Shown here: in pieces, positions 38,943 through 52,601 of the stretch
How positions within the stretch are numbered: the stretch's first letter is position 1
How the letters are laid out: each line of letters begins with the position of its first letter
Assembly: GCF_004010195.1 (NCBI RefSeq)
Contig: NC_057711.1
Location: 72,144,845-72,208,844 of the forward strand
Length of the DNA: 64,000 nt
Source of the DNA: Chiloscyllium plagiosum
Taxonomy: Eukaryota
Direction of reading: 5' to 3'
The notes under the pieces: model-generated
What the model was told of the DNA's origin: nothing
Seen by the model: the letters and a program-made list of their open reading frames with translations, nothing else
Database searches by the model: none
Translations under genes and position numbers: made by a program

Positions 38943-41193
38943 ACTGCCACTCAATGTTTGACTCTGATTAAAATATTACAAATAGCCAACATTCCTTTCA
39001 AACAGCAGCTGTTGCTTGAAAATCAAGTCAACCAGACTTTGAACAGCCACTGAGTGCTAGCTTCTTAAAAGAAAAATCGCCAACCTCTTGCTTTTTTTTT
39101 GCAATGTAAGCAGACAAAAATCCCTCTCACAAAGTACCTGACATAATATTGCCCATGGGATCAGTTTATTCTAAACCTTTATCAGCTGTAAAATGTGATG
39201 CAGCATCTTACTTATCAATTAAGTTGTGAGTTAAACTCTTTTGATAAATGATACAACTTTCAATAGGCAGCTGTGATTGGCGGAAATGTTATTTCTAATC
39301 ATGTTTCCTGCATGTTTGCTTCTTAAGAAACAAAACAGGATATAATGCTGTATTTCAATGAACAACAGTAAATGCACAATAACCTGATGAGAGATTTTTA
39401 AAAAATATTCTGAATAATAAAGTATACAGCTACAGGCAATTACATGAGGACGTGGGCTTTTTGTACTGCTTGCTAGCAAATCTGCCACTGTCTTGCCCTT
39501 GTGAGTCAGTGGAATCACTATCTATGACAATCTGGATAACATAAGAGTCACTCAGCAAATGAACACATTTCATTCCTTTCTTATTGTTGCTATGGGATCA
39601 AATTCCATAACTTGTGAATGACCTTTAGTTTCAATATATTTGTTTCTGTGTGTATTTCATTATGATTAATGTATCGTTTTAAAGCTGAGAATATTCAAGT
39701 TTGGAGTTAGAAAACAATATTTAATAATACTGGGTTGGATAAGTGGGCTTTGCTAAAGCAGATGTAGTCTTCATTTTGCCAACGGGTTGTTACAGTTTTG
39801 AGAAGGAAAGGGGGCAGAGAAAAGAGTAATTTCTGTACAAAGGGAACATGACATTGGACAGACGAGGGTTAGAAGTGAATGCTAGAGAGTGGAATTCCGA
39901 GAATTGCTTCCTGTGATAATTCTACAAGGAGAATGGGGGATCCCTAGAGATCTAATGATGTCTTTGGAGTTCAGTGACAGATTGGTAGAAGCCCCAAAGA
40001 ATTTTGGGACCCACTGTACCTTGTTAGCAATGAGGCGAGGAATAGCCATAAATCTGACAGTACTCCTCACCCATACCTTTTTCGGGGCAATTAGGGATGG
40101 GCAATAGGCTTTGCTGTTAATGCTCAGTGATATTTGAACATAAAGAGTGAGGATGAAGATGTCTTAAGATTGTTTGTGTCAGTTTATGATCTTTTATTTA
40201 TGATTATTATATTTGATATTTTGTGGAAGTGTATGTATCCATGTTTCTTCTGCTCTCTCTCTCTTTCTCGCATTCCTCAGTAAATAGAGCATTTATATTT
40301 TCTAACAACCAAAAAAGCCCCGATAATAATCTGGCAGTATTCAAGGCTTTAGTTATTATTCAGTTCTTGGTTTTGGACATAAGGTTGGCACATAATACCC
40401 CACAAAAGTTTGGAAGTGGTGGAGGGTTGTCTTTTTGAACAGCTGTATCTCTGTGGTGGGGAATTTTTTAGCTATTCACTACTTCAACCCATGTATATAT
40501 TGCCTACAGATGTTACCAGGAATAGTATTGTGAAAAATTGTGCTGCCAAACATTGTACAAATATTGAAAAACAGATAGCTCAATATCTTGTAAACTTGTC
40601 TTTTTATAAAGACCTTTTGAGAAACTTTTTTTACTGTACGTGCATAATTAAAAGTAAGTGCACTGGAAGCCTACACATGAATTTGGTTTGATCATGACCA
40701 TGCAATTTAATGGATTTTTCTGAATATCCCGTTTCTTGTCAATATTCAGTTATTTTGCTGCTACTTACCTCCTTTCCAATAGAACAACAGGACTCACATC
40801 GAACAGACCTGAGGAATCCATCAGACTCAAGATTGTTTGAGTGGTGAAAGGTGAACTTTTATTTCTTGGTAAAGCCAGTCCACTCTTAACATGTGTCAAC
40901 ATGCTCAGGCACTAGATTTTACACTCCACTGTATTCACCCACCTCTGACCTGTGAAATTTTAATGGGAAGCAGGAGAGCTACCAGTGTCTCCTATCCTTG
41001 GGCCTACTGAGGGATAGGAGCACCAGTATTTTACCCACAACAGGTGGAGGCCTGTGTTGTATTGGTGGAAGTTGGTGTTGAACAAGGGGGTAGAGGAATC
41101 TCCTTCGCCGGTCCGCTATGCCCATTGGAAGCCCCCACCCTTCAAACTCCCATTCTGACCTTGATGAAATTCATTACATTGGTGTCTTGACTG

Positions 41194-41480
41194 CAGCGCC
41201 AGGGACCCGGGTTTGATTCTAGCCTTGGGTAACTCCTGTGTGGAGTTTGCGCATTCTCCCTGTCTCTGTGTGGGTTTCCTCCAGGTGCTCCGGTTTTCTC
41301 CTACAGTCCAAAAATGTGCAGGTCGGGTGGATTTGCTGTGCTTAATTTCCCCGTTGTTTGCAGGCTAGGTGGGTTAACAAAAGTAAATATGGGCTTACGG
41401 GGATAGGGTGATATGCTCTTTCTTGCATCAGTGTAGTCATGATGGGTTGAATGGCCTCTATCTGCACTGTTGGGATTCTG
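41194..41480 (+). mobile_element. 5'-truncated HE1-type V-SINE
   Basis: cagcgccagggacccgggtttgattc...tgtgtggagtttgcgcattctccc...gggtttcctccaggtgctccgg...ctgcactgttgggattct. Confidence 0.85.
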
Positions 41481-43574
41481 AGCTTGTATGAATCCTCATG
41501 GGGACTGCCCAAAGGGTCAGCAGTGACCACTGTGCTCATCCGACATTACTGGGAGCACAGAGCTGCTGACCATCCATTTGGCTGGCAGTTTTCTGAAGCA
41601 AGATCTGCAACTGAGACAGAGGCAGAATTCATGCCTCAAGCAAATTAATGGCCAGTTGATCATGAAATGACAGGAGGGTTGGGAGCTTCTGTGGGCTGGA
41701 TCCTCATCAGCCCTTTTGGCGAGGGGAGATTGGGAGATGGGTCATTGGCATAGAATTCCATCTTGGGTTCCCTGGCAAACTGTTAGAATAGTGACAATTC
41801 TGTAAAATCGAAACTTTTTTGGAAGGGTTTTCTTGCAGACTGCCTCACTATACATTTCACCAATTCTTTTTTTCATGTGTCCAGCTTCTAGTATACCTGG
41901 CACAGAGCTCATCCAAGCACAGCTCATACAAAATGTTCTTTTGGACTCGGAATCTATGGCACAGCAGTGCTGCACCTGGCTCGCCATGAGTTTTCTTTTA
42001 CTGTTTGCATTGCCTTTTGGAATCCAGAAGTTGCTCTTCCTGTATAGACAGAGTATTCAAAGTATTTGACATGATTCTTGCCAACAGACTTGCCTTAGTA
42101 ACTGTCTTTGGGTTGTATGAGGTATGTGGTGCTGCGTTGATGGCATTTTTGCTGGAATTTGAGCTTGCCTTTTAAAGTCACTCGTACAAATGAGTTCTTC
42201 CCTAGCTGTGTAAGTGGTAGGAGGATCCATAAAACATACATTTTGCTGTGTTTACTCAAAGAAAACTAAACAAGAGTAAACACCAATGGAGTGGGTGGTC
42301 TTGTGGTTTAGAGGATCCCTTAATGGGAATGCTCAAGCTGGGAAAATGAAAGATAAAGAATGCGGGAAGACCCTGATTAGATTAACTGAAGCGTGAGCTA
42401 TCCTGATGTCTCAGCAAATTTATTTGGCCCCTAGCAGTCCATGAAGAATAGGAAGATGTCTGGTTTGAATAGACAGTAGAGACACTCTACAGAATACCTC
42501 ATGGTTCTGCTTTTAACAGCCTTCTACATTTCTTGCTCCTGATGACAATGCAACAACAATTGCTGACACTCAAAATGCATGAATATTAGCAAGCATAAGC
42601 TCAACAGTACAATTTCATCCTTGCCTGAGCGATTATCTCACTGGATCGCTGCTCGGTTTTCTTTATTCTCGTTTCAATGGAGTGAAGGTCAGATGGGATT
42701 CCACAATGAGTTGGAAACCTGCTGTGCTGAGGTCTAGCTCGTGAAGACAGAAATTTACCCGAAAATTGAAATGCTTGTCAAATTCTCTATTAGGACTTAA
42801 ATATGAGCCATGACTACCTGGAGAAAGTTTGAATAATTTAAAAGATATTCTTGTCACTGTAAGTCTTCACTGGAAGAATTGTGCATTAATTGGTTGATCT
42901 GTTTTTAATTTTGAGCATGCTGTGTTTTGATGTAGATTTCTATGAATAGCACTGAAATAAGGGCATGAGCAAGGTGTGGTTGATATTTATAAGATTGGCT
43001 GCAGCAGACAATGACTTCAGGTGCAAGCCTGGTGGACTATGTACAGGAACGTGTTGAATAACAAAGTGACTTCACTTTAGCTCCTTGTATAACACTAATG
43101 TTCTGTTCTATTGATGTTTGGGTCCATTACAGTTGCTGATTCCAGTATTGCAATTGCTGGTGTTGTGTTGTCATGGTAGCGTAATGAACATTGATTTGTC
43201 AAATTGTGGTACTGCACTTAGTTGCATATTCAAATACCGCTTTTCATTGATAGCATTGAATACCTTAGCCTGGGGAGATGACAACATTAGCCTGTGCAGA
43301 TATATGAAGTCACTATTCTGATCATTGTAAGCCATCATAATCATTGCTTTCCTGTTAAATCAGCAGGAGGCAGTTAAAGATATTTTCTGACTGGAATTGT
43401 TATTAGATCATTAGTTAAAGTTAAAAGTTTGGAACAAGGATCACGTTTAGCAATGTGAATCTCTCAAGCTCTTCTCTGAGTGACCCACTAAGAGGCGGGG
43501 AGAGATTTAGGTATTGCTCCTTTGAGAATACTTCCTATAACAATTGTTTTAAAAACGAGGTACTGGATACTGTG

Positions 43575-43680
43575 TAAAGAGAAGAGTACTGCAGATGTTG
43601 GAAATTGAAACATAAACGGAAAATGTTGGAAACAAATACAGCATGTCAGCAGCTGTGGGAGAACAGACATTAGCTTCTTT
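43575..43680 (-). mobile_element. Degraded Penelope-like terminal remnant
   Basis: agagtactgcagatgttggaaattgaaacataaacggaaaatgttggaaac...cagcatgtcagcagctgtgggagaacag resembles the elements at 303 and 1002. Confidence 0.5.
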
Positions 43681-45174
43681 AGAACTGAAAAATGAGCGGT
43701 GAATAGGCATTTGGCCCAATCAGAAAACATGGGGAATCGAATAAATGACAACATGGTGAAAAGGGCAATATGCTGAGCACACCAAATATAGCATTCAGTA
43801 ACAGAAAAAAAGCCTTTTTTCATATATAAAACAACATTGCAGTATTCAAAACGAATTTGCATTGTGTAAGTGGAAAATTGATGAAAATCTTGAATGTAAT
43901 TAGTCCCAATTTTGTAGAAATGATGAAGTTAGACTCCATCCAATGTGCAGATGCAGACGCCAATGCTAGTGAGTCCTCTCGACAAAAAAAACTGCAGTTC
44001 ATACCATGCACATTTATGCAAACAGAAAGAAACAAGCACTTTCACATCAATATAAGAACATGCACTTTTCTTTTTTACAAATTGAAAACTTGTAAAGCTT
44101 GGACATCTAGAATTTTTTCTGCTTCAGACTGGAACACAGTGTGTAATTTGGCAGCATGTCGCTCTCATAGACAGGTGAAGATTAGCTGCCGTGGTTGATA
44201 TGTGTCAACATACTACTGTCCCCCCAACGTTGTATAAAAGCTGTCAGCTAATCAGGTCAGTAACGTTTCTTTAAAACTGCATCCTGCCACCCAATCTGCC
44301 TCAATAATAAATAGAACAATGCAAATTACGTATTTCAGGTTCAGTTGAACTGATTTTAATTAGTATGGTATAAAGTCATAAAGTCCATGACATCTACTTG
44401 CCTCTAAACAGCTTGTGCAGAAGCTGACTATATCCACACACCATTTGCTGATGGCGTCCAATAAATGCTTAGCACTTCATTAATCTGCAGAGATTTAAAC
44501 ATGTGGACAAAGTCAGGCTATTTATATAATATTGTATTAACTATACATTTGCCTCAAGAATTTTCAAAGGAGGATTTTTATTTCAAGTTCTACCTTTTTC
44601 ATACTGCTGTGTTGGGAGCTGAGAGACTACAGTAGCCAGTGCAGATGGCAGAGTCAAGCTGTATTGTGTTAAAGCTGGGTGCTTGAGAACAATTTTATTG
44701 TTCAGTACGTACTGTTATTGTGACCTTTTATTGTAACAAATGGTGTTGTTACATCTTCTTGCCTCCAGTACAAAGGCACATGCACTTAATTCTGGACAAT
44801 TTATCAGAATGTCAAATTGTTTCATATTTAACAAAAATACACACACAGGAGCGGTATTTACTGGAGGGTGACAGGCTGCCAGCTGGAAGAGCTAGCAAGA
44901 ATCCCCCCCCACCATTTCTCCATCATATTTTATTGCTCCCTGCATTGTGTGCTACTGAAACACTTAAGTAGGCAGAAGTGGGCCATTCCTGGGATCAAGG
45001 ATCTGCAGACAGAAATCCCTCCACTTCAGAGCTTCGATTGAGACCAAAGCCAGCAGCTCTTTATTGGTCAACTGTGCCACCGGGGAGGTGGCACTAAGGC
45101 TTGGGCTCACCATGGACCCAAGTATAGGGAACTCATGGTGGGAGAAGGTCTTAGAGTCAGTGTCATGGGAGGTC

Positions 45175-45270
45175 ATCATAGACTCTCTACAGTGCAGATA
45201 GAGACTATCGTCCAGTTAACTCTGCACCAACCCTCTGAAGAGCATCCCATCCAAACCCAACACCCCACTA
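45175..45270 (-). mobile_element. V-SINE 3' fragment
   Basis: ctctacagtgcaga...ctctgcaccaaccctctgaagagcatcccatcca matches 32580-32650. Confidence 0.7.
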
Positions 45271-45599
45271 TGACTTTATGCAGGGAGAGACCTCATCTCC
45301 CACTATAGGTGAATGCCAGTGCTGACAGAATGATAGCCTTAAGTGGCATTTATAGTCCACATAAACACCATAATTATCTTTGGAAAGGCTGTCCTGATTT
45401 AATTGGGTCAGTGGCAGTAAGGCAGTTTCCACCCACCAGCCTCCCACCCAATTAAATTCCCCCTGCCACCAAACTCAACACAGGGGAGGGAGGGCATTAA
45501 ATTCCTCCCATAATGGACTCTATTTTAATGTCCTTTATTTTAACTTCTTAATCAGGTACCTTTGTGTCCAAGTGTGCATAAGTAATCCAATTACATCAT

Positions 45600-45790
45600 T
45601 CAGAGAAGAACACGGTAGTTTCCACGGTCAACATTTACCAATCCATTAACAACAATACCAATTATTTAATCGTTTCATTTCATTGCTATTTATGAGATCT
45701 TGCTCTGTGTAAAATTGATTGTGATATTTGCCTAAGTAACCATGATGACACTTAGGTCAATAAGTTACTTGTTGGGATGTTTTGAAGACA
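45600..45790 (+). mobile_element. SacSINE1-like Deu-domain SINE relic
   Basis: gtcaacattta...cattgctatttatgagatcttgctctgtgtaaaattg...ttgggatgttttgaag. Confidence 0.5.
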
Positions 45791-46149
45791 GCCAGGCTTT
45801 CCAGTTCCATTCCTGTTGCAATAAAAATACTCAGTAGCACTGTTTAATATTATATACACCCCATCAGGTGAACACTGAGCTGTGTCCCACCTGTTTGTAA
45901 CATAGCCTTGCATGACTCTTGATTTTATCCCATTTTTAATCATGGTTCTTTCCACTGTAAAAGTTTCCACCTTAAAAGCTAATTTGATGTCTTGGCTGAC
46001 TTAGTTAGATATTAGCTTGAAGAGTCAAATCAGATGGTACAGTATGAGCAAATGGTGAAGACAATCTGAGATCCACATCCCGTCAATTATGTCTGATTTG
46101 GATGGGAAGGTCGGAACAATAATTTTTTTTCCCTCGCTTATGGCATCAT

Positions 46150-46973
46150 GGAGGAATGCAGAATGGAAACAGGCCCAGCAGCTCAAATTGCCCACGCTGC
46201 CCAGTTTTCACAATTTAAACTAGTCCCATTTGCCTGTGTTTGTTTCATGTCCCTCCATACCTATTACATCCATGTACCGGTCTAAATATTCCTTAAATGA
46301 TGAAATTGTACTTACTTCAAACACTACCACGGGCAGCTTATTCCGAACACTCACCACCCTCTGTGTGAAAACATTGCCCCTCTAGACCCTTTTGAATCTC
46401 TCCCCTCTCTAGTTTTGCTCTCTTTGCTCTCTAGTTTTAGACACACGTACCATAGGGAAAGCTGGTAGCTATCTACCTTATCTATGTCTCTCATGATTTT
46501 ATAGACCTGTTTCAGGTCACCCCTCAGTCTCCTACACTCCAGGGAAAATGGTCCCATCCTATCCAGCCTCTCCTTATAACTCAAACCCGCCAGTCCAAGT
46601 ACAGTCATAGAGGCATAGAGATGTATAGCACGGAAACAGACCCTTCAGTCCAACTCGTCCATGCCGACCAGATATCCTAACCTAATCTAGTCCCATTGTT
46701 CAGCAATTGGCCCATATCTCTCTAAACCCTTCTAAACCTATTCATATATCCATCTAGCTGCCTTTTAAATCTGTAATTGTACCAGCCTCCACCACTTCCT
46801 CTGGCAGCTCATTCCATACACGCACTTTCATAGTAAATCTTTTCTGCACTGTTTCTAGTTTAATAATAATCCTTTCTATATAGGGTGAACAAAACTGCAT
46901 GCAGCCCTCCTAAGTGTGGCTTCACCACTGTCTTTTACAGCTGCAACAAGATGTCCCAACTCCTATACTCAAT
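46150..46973 (-). mobile_element. CR1 3' portion with a second CR1 tail nested at 46603-46825
   Basis: ORF 46351-46608 (-) reads GLAGLSYKERLDRMGPFSLECRRLRGDLKQVYKIMRDIDKVD. The host resumes at gtaaatcttttctgcac after the nested copy. Confidence 0.85.
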
Positions 46974-48504
46974 AATGAAGGAGTATTTGATTTGGTACGA
47001 GCTTTATCAATATAGATGCAAAGCTCTGGGCCTCAAATGCTTTGTTTTCTGAAAAACTACTGCTTCCAGCAAAAGTAGTGTTGAACATGTATGTATGGAA
47101 GAAGCATTATTCTGGCAAAGTCTTAATTTATTGAGGAGTGTTGGAAGCAGATAGTGAAAGCTGGTGTGTTTGCATGGGGGTGGGAAGGAGCTCCCCCTTA
47201 TTCAACGACACTTGGTGATCGAGTGACCGTGCATTGGGGCTGCTGAGAGCCCAATACCCCTCCCCCTCTGTTTAGATGGCAGGAGGCAGTATATCTACCC
47301 CAGGGTGAGGGTCAGGTTGGGGGATGGCCTGCCTGTTGAATGCCTGAATGGCACAAGATGGGACGGGGCTTCTCGAGGTGGAGCAGATACTGCGCTCTCA
47401 CTGGCTCTGCAGCTGGCAGCTAAGATCGCTGTCGCCACCAGAAGATTCCAGCCATAGGTTTGTGTGCATAATATGTTGTCTGGAATATGTGAGCACAGGA
47501 TTCAGGAATAAATTAAACAGACATTAATCAAAGCCTGATATGTTGTCCAAATAAAGAAAGTTCAGGATTCAAAGGATTTTAACAAGTCACTCTTGTTCGT
47601 AATTGGAGGAGTGTTGTGTGGCATTGAAATGAAATGCATTCAGTTTTATAATGTTGGCATTAAAGATACAGTATGAAAATGTGCAATCACTTTTGAGCGA
47701 AATTGCCTCAGGGCTGCCACAGTTTTACACCCATTATGGTATAATAGCTTTCTGCTCTGTTGGCTTTGTTTTAAGAAGCTCCTTTTTATAGCTGTTTCTG
47801 TAGAACATCTGCAGATTTATTTAAGAAAAAAGTGACAACTCTGTACCAAAGCTCAGCATCTGAATAGAACTCATGCGCTACTGATGTCAGCCTGCTCTTA
47901 CAAACAGCGTTGAACCTAGCTGTTCATTAAATTCACAGCATACGCAGACAGAATGAACTGTCTGAAACTTGCTGATGTGACAGAAAATCATAAGTTTCAT
48001 TCAGTGTGGATCAATTTTGTTTTGTTTTTGGCCTACTGATTGTTGCAGCATTTACCTCAGCCTCATCGGCACCCAATGCAATTGGAGCACGCTTGGCGAC
48101 AGCTCTTCCATCCCATTACCCCCACCTTCTCTTTGAACCATTGGTTCAAATGTGAGTGACAGTTCAAAAGACAGGCTGCTCTCTATCTGGGGGATTTAAC
48201 AGATGGAAGCTCTTGTTCTCTAGGCCAGCTGAATTCCACTAATCTGTTTAAATACCCCATCAGACTTGTCCATTCTTCAGGAAGGATATTATAGTGTACT
48301 GGCAGAAAACAAATTATTTTTTTTAACAGCGCATGCACACTTCAGTATGTGCTTGAAAAATGAATCAACAAATAAAAATTGTGGATCACTGAAAGTCTTC
48401 TGATAATACAATGGAGAAATTCCACTTCAGTTTATTTTAAAGTAATTGCAACTAAGGTACTAGATCTTTGAGACTTTGTCCACTCGCTTTCGAGCAACAA
48501 AATG

Positions 48505-48810
48505 TTCATGTGCGACATTGCTGGAGAGGCCAGTATTTATTGCCCACCCGTAATTGCCCTCACTTGGGTGTTGATGAGCCATCTTTTTGAACCACTGCAG
48601 TTCTTGTGGTTGTTGGTACACCCCACCATGCTAATATGCAAATAGGGAGGGATTTCCATGGTTTTGGATCAGTAGCATGATACAGTGCCAAGTTGTCATG
48701 TCGAATGGTTTGAACTTGCAAATGCTAAATATTGTTCCTGTGCATCTGGGCCATTGTTCTTCTAGATAGTAGAATTTCTGGTGTTTGTGAAGTCTTTGAA
48801 ACGTTGCTGT
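48505..48810 (-). mobile_element. Non-LTR LINE 3' end (same family)
   Basis: ggccagtatttattgcccacccgtaattgccctc...ttgaaccactgcag matches 34460-34535. Confidence 0.7.
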
Positions 48811-49519
48811 AAATGAAGCCAACTATTTTATAGCACTGTGAATATAATAGTTTCTACTTCTGTCTTGATATTTGAGACATTCTACTTATTCAGTCGCTTT
48901 GTTCACAGGGCACAGCTTTTTAGATTTGTGTGCAAAGATAAACAAAAGTTTGTTTCAGTTGAGCAGGAATTGGTACGCCATCTTTAGTGTATGGCCATGG
49001 GTGTCGTCAGTTAATGTTGAACAGAGTGAAAGCTGGATCAAGTTGGCATGCAGAGTCCCTCCTTTGCCTTCCAGTGATTGCATGGATTCAGTGGCTGACA
49101 GGTTTGCTGAAATGAGCTGTCATGTCTTATCGGAGGACTCGGTCACAACAAATGAAGCAGGTGTGACAGGCACTGAAACAAGGCAGGATATATATTATCA
49201 GCTGCCTTCACTTTATTGTAGGCAGCATCTGTGTCCTATTCAAATCCTGATTGCTGCTTCAAACCTGGACGGTTAAATATTAAGCTTGCCTTTGCTTTAG
49301 TATATAGCTCCATGAATGGACTTTTTCGTGTATTAAGTTGGAGTGGAATGAATTAAATAAATATTTGATCTATTTATTACGTGATTGAATTAAAAGTGTT
49401 CATTGACACGCATGCTACCCCACCCCACTTTATTGAAGGTGCTCACTCCTTCTCAGGTTCATAGTTTCACAGGTGTCCCTTGGACTCTGGTCAAGACAAC
49501 CACTATTCATGTATGTACC

Positions 49520-49712
49520 TTGACGGTGAATGTTGGCAGGCTGTCTGACAGCTGAGCATGATCCTATCTTCATTTGCTCACTGGATGGTATTGCAATCAG
49601 GAGCAGGAACAGTGGTTGATGTTCCCTTCGAATGTGGAAGTGCTGTGACCAATTTTACTGCCTCAAGTCAACTAAAGATCAACTAATTCAACGCAGGCTT
49701 GAGATTGAACAA
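49520..49712 (-). mobile_element. Ancient dispersed repeat, probably a SINE relic (related copy at about 19115-19305)
   Basis: Both copies share caggaac... and end in ctRaaRatcaNctaaYtca, followed by a degenerate antisense B-box. Confidence 0.4.
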
Positions 49713-50736
49713 AAAAACATTCCTAATATTTTCCTCTGATCTATTGTGACAGCCACATCCAGGAGTACTTTTATCCTGTTCCTCTGCAAGCAAATATGTT
49801 TTACTGTTAGAACCTGATCTGCTCAGTTGACCTCTCCTGGTTGCTGCACTTCATTCCAGCCTCATTTGGTACAATTTTGTGTCTACAAGGGTACAAACTG
49901 GATTAGATTTCCTATTTTGATTACAATTTATTGAAAATTTTTAAGGTTTCCCTCTTAATCAGTACTGTTGGGGATTGATGCTTGATTGTGACATTGCAGT
50001 ATTGTTCAAATGTTTGTTCCACTCTCAAACTTCAAACCTTCGGGCTTAATGTTAAACCAGACATATTGCATTGCAAGTGTTTTTTTTCAAATTGCTTGTC
50101 CTTTGTTTATGCAAAAGGAGCTGGAGAGGGAAAAAAAGGCATTTCACAGTGATTTTTACTATTTCATGACATTAAATTTTAAAATAGTATTTAATTTTGC
50201 AGCTTGCGAATTTGCTATTATCATTTTGAATTTAATCTTTATACTAATGCTCATAACAAAAAAAGATTTCTTCTATTTTCAATGATGTTGTATTTCTGCA
50301 AATGTAAGGTAAATCTTTGAGGAAAAGAAAGAGACAAGCGAACAAAAGAATCTTGCAGGCCAAATTGGGCTGCGTAAAGAGGCTGTAAAAGCTGTCACAA
50401 GCCTGATTGATTGGCTCTCACACTGCTATCCCTCGTGCAAGGCAATAATGTTCTTGCCTGTTCTGTAAGGGCTTGATATGCCATCAGGGTTTAGCTTATC
50501 AGCTGCAGGGCCAGTGTTTGAGATGAGGGCAAAGTGTAATCAATAATTTATACAGAAATCTTGCTTTGGTCTTGGATGTTGTTCACTTGGTTTGAGTTAT
50601 GTGTACAAATTAGTGTTGCCAATAGGAATGCAATCTGCCTACCAGCTAAGCGTTCATTTAAACAAAACTATGAATTCTGTGAAACCCCAGTGAGATGATT
50701 TTACTTTCTGGTTACCAGTATTGGGGAACATCAGAC

Positions 50737-50875
50737 AAATAGGGACATTCAAGCGACTGCTAGGCAAGCACACAGGCGGCAGTAAATTGAGGGGTGTGTA
50801 GGTTAGATTAAGCTAAACGCTTGGCACAACATCATGGGCCGAAGGGCCTGTACTGTGCTGTACTGTTCTATGTTT
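50737..50875 (+). mobile_element. CR1-group LINE 3' tail
   Basis: ggcacaacatcatgggccgaagggcctgtactgtgctgtactgttctatgtt. Confidence 0.75.
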
Positions 50876-51638
50876 TAAATAGAAAATATATTAACTCCTG
50901 TGGTCAATGCATAGTGCAGGGAGTGATTTTTGTAGCAGTTTATTCTGTTACCATTATCCAGGCCAAAGAGGAGGCAGTGAAACTACTGAATACAAAGCAA
51001 TCGACTGTGGGAGTCGGTATCTTCTTATCTGACCCTACTCAGCTCTTCCTTATCATCATTGTGAGTATCCACTGTGCCCATTTACAGCCTTCAAAAGGGC
51101 TCTTAAAAGAAAGCTTTTTGAAAGGTGCAAGCACACAATGGGAATCTTTTTAAAAATTTTATAAATTAAGCAAAGCATTTTCCTTAGTAAATTATATCTT
51201 ACATCAATGAATATTATGGCTGCTTGACTTGAAATATTTGCTGAAAATACTTTTTGTGACGGACCCATGTTCAGGTTTGCCAATACGACTTCACCAGGTT
51301 ACCACTCTAAATTATACCAGCTGTGTAAAAAAAATTTAAGTTTTGTTCCTGAAAGTCATTATACTCGGTGAAATGCAGATAAGCTTAAATATTAAATTAA
51401 GCACAAGGAATCACTTTTGGAAACCAATGCAACTCTGGTGTTATTTGCACCGAGATTGCAAGTTGCATCCAAAATGAAAATTCTTGCCCAGTGTTTATGG
51501 CTTATTTGTTTAATAACCTTCTAATGACCACTGGCAATATGGTCATAATTCGCTTTTAGGATTTTAATGAACTGCCCATATGATTTTTATTGGATCTATA
51601 ACAGAAGTAGAATTTTAGAGTTTGGAAGTTTTAGACTT

Positions 51639-52255
51639 ATAGAGTCATACAGCACGGAAATAGACCCTTCGGTCTAACTCCATCATGTTGACCAAGTTTC
51701 CCAAAATTAACTAGTCTCACTTGCCTGCATTTGGACCAGATCCTTCTAAACCTTTCCTATTCATGTACCTGTCTAAATGTCGTTTAGATATTGTAACTGT
51801 ACCTGCATATATCACTTCCTCTGGTAATATATTCCACATACAAACCACCCCAGTGTGAAAAGGTTGCCCCTCAGGTCCCTTTTAAATCTTTCTCCTCTCA
51901 CCTTAAAAATATGTCCCCTACAGAGAGTGGTAAGGGTGTGGAATGCCCTGCCTGCCAACGTAGTTAACTCAGCCACATTAGGGAGATTTAAACAATCCTT
52001 GGATAAACACATGGATGCTGGTAGGAGGAAGGGCTTAGATTCGTTCACAGGTTGGCGCAACATCGAGGGCCAAAGGGCCTGTTCTGCGCTGTATTGTTCT
52101 ATATTCTACGTACCCAAAGGAACAGAACTTTGCTATTCACCTTATCTATGCCCCTCATGATTTTATAAATGTCTATCACGTCACCTATCATCCTCCTATG
52201 CTGCAATGAACCAGTCTATCCAGCCTGTCCTTATAACTCAAGCCCTCTAGTCCTG
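51639..52255 (-). mobile_element. CR1 3' portion interrupted by an opposite-strand CR1 tail (51921-52108, +)
   Basis: The host reads FKVRGERFKRDLRGNLFT and GLEGLSYKDRLDRL on the minus strand. The insert reads QRVVRVWNALPANVV...FKQSLDKHMD on the plus strand and ends ttctatattcta. Confidence 0.85.
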
Positions 52256-52256
52256 A

Positions 52257-52322
52257 GGTAGAAAATGAACCCAAGCCTCCTGGCTCAGAGATAGGTACAT
52301 TATAACTACTCCAAAAGAGACC
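52257..52322 (-). mobile_element. Short tRNA-like SINE head (related + strand copy at about 53320-53410)
   Basis: The minus strand ggtctcttttggagtagttataatgtacctatctctgagccaggaggcttgggttca resembles 53321 ggttattgtggtgtaatggtagtgtccttactacccagccagg. Confidence 0.45.
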
Positions 52323-52601
52323 TGCTACAAATATTTTAATTTTTTGATGTGGATTTGGCAGATAAAGAGTCAAAACAGTTATGAAACTGTTATGAAACCC
52401 ATAACTGTCTGCCCAGGTTAGTCTTTGTATTTTGTTGGTCATAGTGTATGTCGACAGTGAGGATCCACAAGGTCCAACTACTTTCATTATAATAGCAGTA
52501 CTCTTGAACAGGCAGAAAATGTTACTTGCCGTAGAAATTAGCATTGCTGGACTTTGGAACTAATCTAGACTGCAGGTAAGAAGACTAAATAAGTCTCACT
52601 G

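Noticed and set aside
48872..49276. 134-aa + strand ORF
   Set aside because: Non-ATG start, no homology signal and no supportable splice boundaries.
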